DNA of 64,000 nt, taken from NCBI RefSeq assembly GCF_009914755.1, contig NC_060945.1. One strand, written 5' to 3'. This DNA comes from the human T2T-CHM13v2.0 reference genome, Homo sapiens. The notes under the pieces are model-generated. The model was not told the origin of the DNA, searched no databases, and worked only from the letters and a program-made list of their open reading frames with translations. Positions within the stretch are counted from its first letter, which is position 1. Each line of letters opens with the position of its first letter. Below are positions 30,650-43,300 of the stretch, piece after piece. A program made the translations under genes and the position numbers.

Positions 30650-30820
30650 AGGAGTACTGGACTAAGAGTAACAAGCTGCAAATCTGAGTTCTTAACTACC
30701 ACTGACATCACAATGCATTACATTTTTTCTGAATCTCACTTTCCTTATTTGTAAATTAAAATAGTAATGGTAGCTGCTCTGAGTGCCTCACAGGGTAGCT
30801 CTAAGGAACAAAAGAAAGAA
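30650..30820 (+). mobile_element. MIR fragment
   Basis: gagtactggactaagagt...tctgaatctcactttccttatttgtaaa...cctcacagggt. Confidence 0.6.
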
Positions 30821-31049
30821 AATCTTTATAAAGTAGAATTCATACCAAAGTGGTAATTAAACCCTTAAACAGCAAAACTCCAAGTGGATGTACCTGGACA
30901 CTGAACTAGCACAAAAGAGCAAGAGGAGACATTTGTTAGTGCAAATGAAGGGGAATAATATGTGAAAAGATACCTGTATTACAGGTAAATTTCCTCAGGA
31001 AGCATTCAACTTGGAAGATGTTCTTATTAAAACACCCAGGGTCATCTTG

Positions 31050-31083
31050 GTATGTGCATGTGCATGCATGCACATGCACATAC
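31050..31083. repeat. 34-bp perfect palindrome of alternating purine-pyrimidine
   Basis: gtatgtgcatgtgcatg|catgcacatgcacatac. Confidence 0.95.
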
Positions 31084-31121
31084 ACACTCATGCAAACACA
31101 GATACACACACACACTGGTCT

Positions 31122-31260
31122 GCATTTATTGAATGCTAATTAAATACCAACTGAATGTCGGCTCTGTGTTTGTCACTGTGCTCAGAACTAGTGATAGAGG
31201 AGTAAGTAATTGAGAAACAGTCCCTCCTTTCACAGAGCATATGTTCTGGTAAGGAAGATT
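31122..31260 (-). mobile_element. L2 3' fragment
   Basis: catttattgaatgct...cactgtgctc...aaacagtccctcctttcacagagc. Confidence 0.55.
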
Positions 31261-31463
31261 ACAATATCGTTTCCAAGTGTGCAATGACAACATGATATGT
31301 TGTAGAAATGAGAACTATGGTGGTATGAATATTTATTATTGAGACATGAACATATTTGTGTCTACATTAACTGATATTTTAAATTTCCATACCCCATTTC
31401 CATACTATTATAAAATGTTTAATAGTAATTGACTTGATATTTCAATATTTAAGCTCCAGGATA

Positions 31464-32556
31464 TATCAGGGGAAATTCAGCCAGATATCGGGCAAAATTC
31501 ACCCGATATTTCACATGGGTTCTTTTCTATTTTCCCTAAGCGTTGGCTGGTTTGAGAAATAAAGGGACTGAGTACAAAAGAGAGAAATTCTAAAGCTGGG
31601 CATCCGGGGGGAGACATCACATGTCGGTAGTTTCCATGATGCCCCACAAGCCGCAAAACCAGCAAGTTTTTATTAGGGACTTTCAAAAGGGGAGGGAGTG
31701 TACGAATAGGGTGTGGGTCACAGAGATCACGTGCTTCACAAGGTAATAGAATATCACGAGGCAAATGGAGGCAGGGCAAGATCACAGGACCACAGGACCG
31801 GGGCAAAATTAAAATTGCTAATGAAGTTTCAGGCACCATTGTCACTGATAACCTCTTATCAGGAGACAGGGTTTGAGAGCAACCAGTCTGACCAAAATTT
31901 ATTAGGTGGGAATTTCCTGTTTCTAATAAGCCTGGGAGACCTGTGGGAGACTGGGGTTTATTTCATCCCTACAGTTTCGACCATAGAAGACGGCCACACC
32001 CAAGGGGGCTATTTCAGAGACCTACCCTCAGGGGTACATTCTCTTTCTCAGGGATGTTCCTTGCTGAGAAAAAGAATTCAGCAACATTTCTCCCATTTGC
32101 TTTTGAAAGAAGAGAAATATGGCTCTGTTCTGCCTGGCTCACCGGCAGTCAGAGTTTAAAGTTATCTCTCTTATTCCCTGAACATTGCTGTTATGCTGTT
32201 CTTTTTTCAAGGTGCCCAGATTTCATATTGTTCGAACACACATGCTCTACAATTTGTGCAGTTAACGCAATTATCACAGGGTCCTGAGGCAACATACATC
32301 CTCTTCAGCTGACAGGATTAAGAGATTAAAGTAAAGACAGGCATAGGAAATCACAAGGGTATTGACTGGGGAAGTGTTAAGTGTCCATGAAATCTTCACA
32401 ATTTGTGTTTAGAGACTGCAGTAAAGACAGGCATAAGAAATTATAAAAGTATTAATTTGGGGAACTAATAAATGTCCATGAAATCTTCACAATCTATGTT
32501 CTTCTGCCATGGCTTCAGCTGGTCCCTCCGTTTGGGATCCCTGACTTCCCGCAACA
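31464..32556 (-). mobile_element. MER11 (MER11A-like; HERV-K11/HML-8) solo LTR
   Basis: The reverse complement begins TGTTGCGGGAAGTCAGGGA...AAACGGAGGGACC; internal tandem block gtaaagacaggcata...ccatgaaatcttcacaat occurs twice; 6-bp TSD AGGATA at 31458-31463 and 32557-32562. Confidence 0.95.
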
Positions 32557-32754
32557 AGGATATCCAGGAGGAAATGTGTCTCAGCTAGAAAAGGAAACAG
32601 CATTACCCAAAGATGGCCAAAAGGACTTGGTGTTCTCTTGTGGTGAGATGGCTAGTTAGTGTCTGTTCAGTTATTAGGCAGAAACATGATTTTGCTGTCT
32701 TTATTTGGAAGTCGAAAGGCTTGTATATGAATATCAGGTTGACAAGGGGCAGAC

Positions 32755-33352
32755 TGTGACAGCTTCGTACAACATCAACTTAGTTAAGCCAAAACTAGGT
32801 CTTCTGTAATTCTGTTTTCTATGTTTTTCTGCGTTAGGGTGAGCCAAAAGAGAAACCGCACAAGATTGGAATGGTAGATGTGAAACAATGGCTATAATCT
32901 CTAAAGGTCATTGTAGGGTACCAGGTTCCCCTGTAGCTCACACACATTGTTACTGAGCCGCTAGGCATGTGGAAGCAGCCAGATCTACAGCTTTTTCAGA
33001 TCCTGCTAGAGCTTCAGGTTTAATTGTTGCTCCCAGGTACAGAGTAGCTAGCTCTTCCTAACACAGAACACTCATATCATCAAGATTGGAGGAGGTAAGA
33101 TTCAGACAGTGTTTCCAATTTTTCCTTATGGATTCCAGTTTGTCCTTGCTGTGTCTCCTATTCCATGTCTAACTTTTTTTCTGAACTACCAGCCCTGACT
33201 ATCTATAGCAACTTCAGACCCACGGCCAGATACAGTGACAACAGCCTTCTGTAGACTTCTTTGCCAGCTCCCACAATTATATATGTTCTGATTTCAATAA
33301 TGTTCTTTCTTCTGTGGTGATTATGCTTTCTGATTGAACTCTAACTGATACA
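32755..33352 (+). mobile_element. Old MLT2-type ERVL LTR preceded by ERVL internal 3' end
   Basis: PPT ttgacaaggggcagac followed by TGTGAC...; ends tctgattgaactctaactgataca. Confidence 0.7.
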
Positions 33353-33402
33353 ATATGCTGCAGCAAAATTAGGGGGAAATATCAAAAAGAAAGGCAACAT
33401 CA

Positions 33403-33477
33403 TGCAGTGAGCCGAGATTGCGCCACTGCACTTGAGCCTGGTGTCAGAGTGAGACTCCATCTCAAAAAAAAAAAAAA
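33403..33477 (+). mobile_element. Severely 5'-truncated Alu (3' ~60 nt plus poly-A)
   Basis: tgcagtgagccgagattgcgccactgcac...actccatctc(A)n; TSD aaaggcaacatca at 33390-33402 and 33478-33490. Confidence 0.93.
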
Positions 33478-34537
33478 AAAGGCAACATCAGAGCACAAAA
33501 ACAACGAATTAAATAACATAAGAAAATCTGGAATTATTGACCTAGGATGATTGCTTCTGAAATCAGAAAGCCACCAGTTCAGCTAAATTAGAAGGACGTG
33601 GACTTTAGAACGAAGGTCTCCAGGCAAAAGGACTGGAGATTTGAGATTAAGTCCACATAAAGAATGGGTTACATGACAGAAAGAAGAGACAAAATCAAGG
33701 ATATTATCAAAACCTGAAAGAAAATAAAAGAAATCAATCATGAACTTCAGGTAAAACAAGCATCTGCATAAGCAATTATGGTCCGCATATCAAGTTATTC
33801 CTTCAAATTAGAATAGGAAGCCAGTAAACTTCTAGAGGAAAAATGGACTGGATTTTAGGCAATAGAATGAGTAAAAAGATAGACGATACTGGATACATAA
33901 CAAAGAAAACATATGTTTCCTTTTCTAACAAGAAAAACAAATCAAAATAAAAGCACTTAGAAACTCTACAAAGAATCAAGAAAAGAAAAATGGTAAAAAC
34001 ATGAAGGAAGTTAAAATGGGTCATGATTTTGAGAACTTGGAGGAGAGTAATAAAGGAGAATGGATTTGATCTTCATCCAATGAATGTCAATGGGGTTGTC
34101 TCAGTGGTGCTATAGAACAGGAGACATAATTCCGTCATCCACTGGGCATTGTTGTCAAGGATATTTACATGGCCATACCAACTTAATTGTAATTTATTGT
34201 TTTCAACTTTCAGACTCAGACTGCATAATGCCTAGAAGACCAAATAATTAACATAAAACAGAATATTAATGGAATCAACACTGAGAAAATTAACTGAGTC
34301 GCAGAAAAAAGAACAAGGACATCATTTGATGTGCTTCACTTGTTACAAACTTGAGAAAAAAAGCATCTCAATAAAATATAGTATGATGCTTTGCTGAGTT
34401 AAGTGTGAGCTAGAGTTAGTAAAATCATCCTGTTTAATTATGCTGTACACTATAAAAACAATTTAGCATAGAACATAAAACATTGCTTTTCTGTGTTTCT
34501 TGAAAACCTGTTATTTCTCTGAACTTGAGTCAGAGAA

Positions 34538-34918
34538 TCTTATGAAGTGAATGACTGTGTGCCCCCCAAATTCGTGTGTTGAAGCTCTAATCCCTAGTAT
34601 GGCTGTATTTAGAGATGGAGTCTCTAAAGAAATATTTAGGGTCAAATGTGGTCATAAGGGTGGGTCCCTAATCCAATATGGCTGACTTCCTTATGAGAAG
34701 ATATGCTAGGGAGCTCTCCATGTACCAAGGAAAAGCCATGTGAGGGCACAGCAAGAAGGGGCCATCTACAAACCAGAAAGAGAGCCTCACCAGAAACTAA
34801 ATCAGCCAGAACCTTAATGTGGGCCTTCTAGCCTCCAGAACAATGAAAAAATACTTTTTTGTTGTTTAAGCCATCTAGTCTACAGTATTTTGTTATGCCA
34901 GCCAAGCTGACTAAGGCA
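34538..34918 (+). mobile_element. MLT1A-type MaLR solo LTR
   Basis: tgaatgactgtgtgccccccaaattcgtgtgttgaagc...gctgactaaggca; near-TSD gagaa/gagac. Confidence 0.88.
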
Positions 34919-35189
34919 GAGACCAATGGTGGGGTTAAAGAAGAGGTGAAGAGAAGCTAAATGCCTCGTGTTTCTAGTTCAATCATATTAGCTTCATGTT
35001 TATTTGTTTTATAATTGTTGTTTATTGTATTTGATATCAGATTTTCCCCGACAAAAGAAAAAAGAGTTCTAAATCATCAACTAGCACCCCTGAAGAAACA
35101 GAATGTCAAAAGCATCTAAATACTAAATAATTTATGTTTCCTACTCAAATATTACTGATTTTCCTTCATGCCACCATTTTTATGCATTG

Positions 35190-35480
35190 TTTGACATTTT
35201 ATTTTAAAATAAATTTTAAACTCACAGGAAGGTTTTTAAATAGTTACATAAAACTCACACTCATAGCTATATTCAACAACTATCAACATTTTGCCAAAAT
35301 TTCTCACACATACTCTATTTCTATTCCTCTTCTCCCTTCCCTCTCTCTTTACACATATAAAATAATATAGACACAGAAATCTAAATCTTTGGGATTAAAT
35401 GCAGATATCGTACTTCCATATCTCCTAAATACTTAAACATGTATTACAGCAAAACAAAGGCATTCTCTCTTTAATCACCT
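35190..35480 (-). mobile_element. L1M 3' end fragment
   Basis: ttttattttaaaataaattttaaactcacaggaag...aacattttgcc...gcagatatc...cctaaatactt...ggcattctct. Confidence 0.55.
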
Positions 35481-37117
35481 TCACAACATTTTTTGAACTT
35501 TCTTTTTTCTTTCTGTACTTCTTGCCCATAACTTATCTTGATTGCATTTGGTTACTTTTTTCATATTCATAAATACATACTAGTATTCTGAATGAGATAA
35601 GCTAGGTAGAAAGGGGAAAGACTGTTGTTTCTAGAAGAAACTGTTGAATTCAGTTGCCATGGTGGGATTATGAAAACGGTTTTGATAAAAATTCAAGCAG
35701 AAATAAACATGCATGATCTTCTCCATTTAGAATTGTACAAAAAGCCATGTATACTGTCTGCTTTGAGATGAAACAATAGTCTTGTGCATTGTCATGTCAA
35801 ACACAAATAACTCTTTATTCTATTTTGTTTTTCTTGTTTTGCCTTGTAGTCCTGCATGAAAGATATCCAAAAACTGATCTTCACTGAAAAACAACACTAA
35901 AATCAAGCAGAAGATTGCTTTTGGCAAAACATATTGAGCTGGTAAAACACTAATTAGTATATTTGAGTCTAGGCCTCAGGACATTTTCTTCAAATGTTTT
36001 CATTTTTATTCATAATTTATAATGTAATTCTCTTTTATTTTGAAATACACACTTGTTTTGGAGGAAAACTCTGGCAATATACCAAGGAAGAAGTTATATC
36101 TAAATGATTTAAATAGTGTTTGCTAAGCATCTTTGGTAACTGTTTTTCTCCCTTAGAACTATAAAATCTAACAAACATAATTTATGGAGATGTTTAGTCT
36201 TGAACAGAGATGTTATAGTTTTGAACCGGATTAAATTTCAAAAGTACCTTTCTATATCTTGAGACTTTTTGGTAATATAAATCAAAATAAAACATCCATA
36301 AAACATAAAATTCTGTTTCTTTCATCTCTTAAGTTTCTGTGCTCTAATAAACTGTTAGGGGTGTTTGTACACCAACTGTACACACATTTACTCATGGATA
36401 CAATGAGAAGCTGAGAATTTTTGAGTTGCACAATTAGGATGCAAGAAGATTCTTCAAATACTTCGTCATAGTCCAAAGACTGAGGAATGCATACTATCTC
36501 AAAGAGAAAAAATAAATAAGGCTCACTTATCTTTCAAATTAGATTGACAGGCTATTAGCATAAGTAAAATTGTGTCATATTAATTATTGATCTGTAGGAT
36601 GTTGGAGATTGTGCTAGAAAACTTAATGTGAGGACATGATACTCTTACTCACGCCTGGAGAGTTAGCAGTAATGTTAGTGTTATCCTGGCCAACTCTGTC
36701 TTTTTTCATCCTAAATCATTTTCCCATCAACCACTGATGAGAAATTCTGCTAATGAAGACATATTCCTTTGTGTAAAACCCACACATGAACGAGATCATG
36801 ATTTTTATGCAATCAGTATTAGTCACCACAGAATAGTCTTGCAATAAATGTTGTTTAAATGTTTCTGAATATAGAAAAAAGAGACAAAAGTCAGTAAGCA
36901 GATGACGAAGTCCTACTTATAGAGACTAAACCTTTTGGGCTTCATGATGGCGTTTCTGCCTTATAGAGTTATTATGTGAAGCTACTCCAACGTAAAGGAA
37001 TACAAAAATTAACACATCACATAGAACATGGTATGTCCTCAATAAATTGAACTGCCTTTCCCCTCACACATGTCCTTTATATCTCCCACACCAAAGTGGC
37101 CAAATGGGACACTGTTC

Positions 37118-37501
<384 letters not shown>

Positions 37502-39523
37502 TCATCTGTCACTTTTCTATATATGACAGTCCATATACAGTTATCATATATTGACCACTCTAAATCTAGCCTTCAGATAATCTGACTTTGTTTTTAAATA
37601 TAAATTGTGCATTGGCAAATCTAAATCTACCTTTCAAAGTACATATAGTTTTATTTTTTTAAGACACTATCTGATTATTAACAAATTTGAACAAATTTGT
37701 CATGTGGCTGAGGATGAGGGGCTGGGAGAGGGGAGTGGAACTGCCCCTACACCAGATCATTTGATAGTATTTGTGAACAAAGATCAATGTCAAGTAAAAG
37801 GACCTTTTTCTCCACCTGGTCTATAAAGGACCCACCAAGGCACCTGAAATTCCCTTGCTCCTGTGGGACACTAGGAGCTGCTGTCCTCTTTCCTACTTCA
37901 AAGCCCCCTCCACCTGTTTCCTCTGGGATAGGGGTAGAATTGCCATAATGTTAAGCAGCAAAGGAATTGTCCAAAATAATCCCCTCTTCATGTAAGGTGG
38001 CCAAAACAGGCCCAAAACTCATTGACCAGGCTGCAAGGGGGAGGTAGAAACACATGCTCTGTTATCCCTGCTCTGTGTAAATTAGGTAACCTGATGATGA
38101 AGTTAAGAGATTGGGAGCTGCCTGCATCACTACCTCTGCCCATTGGAGAGGTTGGAGCTCAAGGGAGCAGCTGCTGACTGAGAAAGAACAAATGCCCCAC
38201 TGGATTCCCCAGTAATCAGTAATTGGTATGTGAGTATTGATCCCCTCCACTGAAGCTGATTCCTGGTACGTCCAGGGGCTCTCATTCACCCAATGGATGG
38301 TCCAGTCCTGAAGGACACTACCTCCTTTCACTCCCAAATTAAGGAAGGATTAGCATTTTTCAGATATCAGAAATTTAACTCTCCTGATAGTCTCTAAGTC
38401 TATTGTTCTACTTCCAGACATTATACCTCTAATTGCCTTTTTATAAACACTCACTATTAATTAAAATGGGGGCTGTCTATAGTTGTTCAATCATTGGCCA
38501 ATTTTTTGGAGTTCTGTTAATCCTAAAGCTTCCAACAATCTCTGCTACAATATAAAAATGTTTAAATATTTTGAAGGTGGCAGTGTCTAATAAATATCTA
38601 ATAATTGATTTAGTACTTTCAGATAAATTCAATAAAATAATTCTTGCATTATGTCTACTAGAATAATTTTATTATAGTTATAATAATTCTTAAATACTAG
38701 CCTTTCGAAGGCATGTGATCTTCACATCATATTTTGTTGCTGTCTCTTCCATAACGGTATGATGTTTTAACATATTTGTGTGATAAATAAAATTTAATTT
38801 TTTAGATGAGAAAATCTGGTGTCAACATATATTTCACTGAAACAATGGCTGAAATTTCACCTGAAACAATATATTAAAATGATATCTGTTGAGTGTATCC
38901 TTTCTAAATTCAAATATTAAAACCACTATTGCAACTTGTTAAAATGTAAAAGTAACTCAGATTATAGAAAGAATTCACTAAATGATGCTCTAGTAACTTA
39001 CTAAAGACATTTTTAATGAAGTCAATCAATATTTTCACTTATCTTTATGAGAGTTCCAAAAAGCTAGCATAATGAGCTTTTCACAATATATATTTTGTTT
39101 CATTATGCATAATATCACCTTAATGTTTGTGGGAATTTAGTGTTTCAACCATTCCTCTTACTATGTGTTGCTGTTTAGAAATGTTTCTAAATTTTAAGTT
39201 AGTTAAAGATCAGTGATTTAAAAGGAGCAATTCTGCCACCTTGTGTTCTGTAAAACCAGGATAGCTGCTTGCTTCCGGGAAATCGCCAGTACTTTCTTAT
39301 CAAACTTGAAAGCTGTAACTCTGAATCAGAATTCTAGAATGATAATCAGCTGTGCCCGTCCCCCTGTTTATTTTCTTCCAAGTTTGCATGTACTGATCAT
39401 GGAAGCTGGTTACTTAAGCTGTACCTGTGCCAGAGTTAGGACTCATTCCTCAGGATTTCTACTAAGGTTTGTAAAGCCAAACAACAAAACTTTAATTGCA
39501 ACCATATGTCACTCTGTTTAAAT

Positions 39524-39529
<6 letters not shown>

Positions 39530-39568
<39 letters not shown>
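39530..39568. repeat. (TA)n microsatellite
   Basis: About 19 TA units. Confidence 0.95.
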
Positions 39569-39570
<2 letters not shown>

Positions 39571-40300
39571 CAAATTTAGGATATATGTGTACATCAGAAT
39601 TACTGAAATGCTAGTTGATACTCAGCTATACAGGTTATATTATACTGTTTCAAAACAATAATAAGAACAACACAAAATAAGCTTACAATGTTTAAAAACA
39701 TACAACTTTTAAGAGGTAAGAAAAGTTGCTTGTGGTTTTTTGAAGTCAGATAATTAATAGAAGAAAACTTTCAAACTTTTGGTAAAATACAACTTTTAAT
39801 CAGAAGATTAGAAATTAAACAGAAAAGGACCTACCGCTAATAAAGAAATAATCATTAACCTATTGATGTGTCTCTTTCTTATAACGGAAAGTGCTAGGAA
39901 TACACAATACATTGTTTAAAGTTTTGCAATTTATCATTCTTCCCTAGAAAGGCAGAAGATGAAATGCCATCAAAAGCCTCAACTTCTGAGTCTGTCCTTC
40001 TCTTGTAACTTGGATTACTGAACTCTTTGTATCATCTGTTCCCTTTGTGGATTTATTTTCAAGAGAAAAATATACGTTAGTCTTCACAGGACTAAACTTT
40101 TTAAGTCTACGAAAAGGCTTCATCAGAAATTTATATACTTAGTGGTTGGAGTGAAGAGAGAGACCATCATTTTAATCAGATTCTCAAAGGCATCTATGTC
40201 CCCACCTTCCCAAAAGGATAAAAATTACCATAAAAAGTCTCTGATTTGAATTACACAACTCTATTCCCTATGAGTAAATCATAAAATTTAGGTGGCATGT

Positions 40301-40319
40301 TACTGCCATCTTGTGTCTA
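40301..40319 (-). promoter_or_regulatory. Candidate CTCF site
   Basis: The minus strand reads TAGACACAAGATGGCAGTA, close to the CTCF core CCACNAGRKGGCRG, in non-repeat DNA. Confidence 0.45.
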
Positions 40320-43300
40320 GTGAGTATCTCTTTCAGTTTCCATTAAGTGTGCTAGTTGGAGTGATCAATAAAGAAACATTCTAAATTCAACCTGTAGGAT
40401 TCTGCAGGGACTTACATGAACAAAACATGGAAAAACAATGAACTTCAAGCTATAGGTCCCTTAAAGCATTATTAGAATTATTGTCTAAAAGAGTTTTAAT
40501 AAATTATAGGGCTGCTCATGATTAAAGATTTCTCCTTAATAGTTTTAGTCTTAAACAACTCATACTTAGAGCAGGAATTAGAATTGGCAGGAATCTCATA
40601 AGAAAGGACACCTAGATAATAATTTTTCTGCAACCGAAGGCAAGGAAATATCACTAATTCATTGAGATGTTGCAATTAGTTTTTAAATCTTGGATTCTTA
40701 AGGTGAATTTCTCCAAGTTTCTGAGTATTCCACCCAACATGTGCCAAACTTCAAAACTTTCTAAAGTTTAGGCATTTCAACTTGAAAAAAAAATTTTAAA
40801 GCACAAACATAAAAGGAAAATGCTGTGATGTATTACACAAAATCAGAATAATTTTTCAGCATTGTGATTTTTAGTTATCTGGCCAAACTGTCTGTGTTGA
40901 TTTCACATACAATTTAAGAACTAAAATTGCTTTTTGAACACTTATGTATAAAAAGTGATTGTAATTCTAAAATAATCCAGAAATTTAAGAAATGGAGGAT
41001 TAGTTACAGACATCAGAAAGAAAACACAAAAGTTCCAATGCTAACCAGCCAGTCCAGCATGAACTTTTGAATATTATCAACTTCCCAACTGCATGGGAAG
41101 ATGATTGGAGAGAGCTGGCAACTGCTTTTGAGTAATAAGTATATTTTGGAGCTCAATGGAAAGAAGAACTATTAATTTTCTTTCTCACTAGTGTGACTAC
41201 AAAATTCTTAGTTGTAGAGGCATTCGCAGATATTATGAGGGTATTTCTAGCTAACAAATAATTTCTAGTTTAGAGGGAATTCAAAGTAACCCTTTGGTTA
41301 AAAGAGGATTTGGAAGCTGGTCTTGAAGCTGATTTTGAATAGCAGGGACACTGATCTGGTGACTTTGTGGGGAGAGCATCACTTAATACTGCTTTTGATA
41401 GATTGAAAACTGCTCTTTGAGAGAGGAAGAATTTGATCTCATGATATAGCACTTCAGTAAAAAAAAAAAAAGCAGAAATAAGTAGTATAAAAATAAGCAC
41501 CAATAAAGTTACCTTTTCAGGAGAAATTTTCTTCATATTATATTTTTATCTGGTTGGGGGGGTTGGGGGTTGGAGACAGATGAGTTTAATTCAAATTCTC
41601 CAACTGACAAGCATTACTCATATTATCTGGATCAACTCACGTTGTTTGAGTCTTTGATCATACAGCTGGCTTCCTAAACATGACAGGATTTCCTAAGACT
41701 CCTAAGATATACTTCTAACAGGACCCTCAGTTAAAACAAATCATGCACGTTTCCAGGATCTGTTTCTGAGCCACTCAGATTCTTCTATTAACAAGCATAT
41801 CTGAAGTCAGTGCCCTATACCCATTTTTAGACTCTCTTACCCGAGGGCAGCCTACCTCTCTGAATTGGCAGAACTATTGTTAGCATACTGCATTGTTCTG
41901 GGTTTGCCCATCTGATATGCCTATCCCAGAGGAAGAGCTGCAGGAACTGATAGAAGTTTGGAGAGCCATGTTTCCTTCCACTCCATGCTTCTTGACCAAT
42001 TAAAACAAAGCGCAGAAGCGGAAAAATCAGTAATCACATTACAAAAGAACACAGGCATAAAAATCTTTCATTTTGGACAGTGGAAACTCAATTTTGCTAT
42101 ATCTTCCTCAAAATTTGCTTAGAAATGACCACAGGAAAAAAAAAACAACAACAAAAACACAGAACCAGAAAAGACCTCATAAGGACATGTGAGGGGCTTC
42201 CGGCCAGTTTTATGTGCCCCTTGTGTCTCTGGCCACACCTGACTGAGAGCATAGATGTTCTCTTTGGCAATCTTTCCTGCTCTTTCACTCCAGTGGCAGC
42301 TGGTCTCCCCACTTCTCTTTGTGTTTACCCGATTCTATAGCTGCAGCATTCCCCCTTCTCTCACTGACATTGGCTGGACTTTGACTTGAAACTTGTTCTG
42401 TGCTTGTAGTGACCTCTGATGTTGACCTGTTACTATCTTCCACTAAAATGCTTCCCAATGAGCTTCCAGTCCCTGCTGGCACTTCTTTAGCCCTAAGGGG
42501 CGAGGATCCCTTCTTAATACCAGTACCTCCCTAGTATCAGCACCCTGAACACCAACCCATTACAAAAAATGATGAACTTCTCAACGACATTTCTAGCTTC
42601 CTCTCTTGAAAACTTTTGGAATGTTTTTCCAAGGGCTTGACCGGGGTACATTGACCAACACCACAAAGTGTTACAACGAGAGTACCCATTCCTCCACTCC
42701 CAGTGTTATCCTGTGGCCAGGATCAAGTCTAGGCAGCTCAGTTACTTTCCCACTCAAGATAAGCTCCCTTCTCATCCAAAGCACCTTGGAGAAATTGAAA
42801 TAACCTTTGACCCCACCCTGGGTGGAGGTGTCTTAAGCCTGCCTTCTAGATAAAAATGCTAGTTCCAGTGTTTTCTGCAACATTTCTCCTAGGGGAGTCA
42901 TTAATTTTTCATGAAGATCGTAGTGGCTTTTATTCCTAAGCTGAAATCAATAAAGTTAATATGTAAAACAAGCCTGTCCCGTGGGATATTTGTGTCACTT
43001 AAAATGCGGAACTACAAGCATGACTGGTAAAATTGGAATTTTTCCTAAATTTTTAAAGTTGAAATAAGGAGTAGTTTCTGTTTAACTATGTTTCATATTC
43101 ATTCCAAATTAGTGAAATGCACATAAATATTTTCTAAGCACTCTGTATTTTTTTAAAAAATTTCTTTTGTTGTTACTTATTTACCCCAAAATCACATTTT
43201 ATGACTTCAAATCATCTTCATTCTTTAAAGCTGTCATGGATTTGGCTCTTTCAGATTGATCTCAATATATTTCTGACTGTGGTAACGTCAAAAGCCAATA

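Noticed and set aside
31477-32287. 114-148-aa ORFs
   Set aside because: They lie entirely within the MER11 LTR.
36282-36500. Minus-strand ORF or exon-like segment
   Set aside because: Weak acceptor and no recognisable homology.
41270-41455. Minus-strand acceptor-like site followed by an open frame (VLYHEIKFFLSQ...)
   Set aside because: No recognisable protein, no convincing donor and no partner exon.
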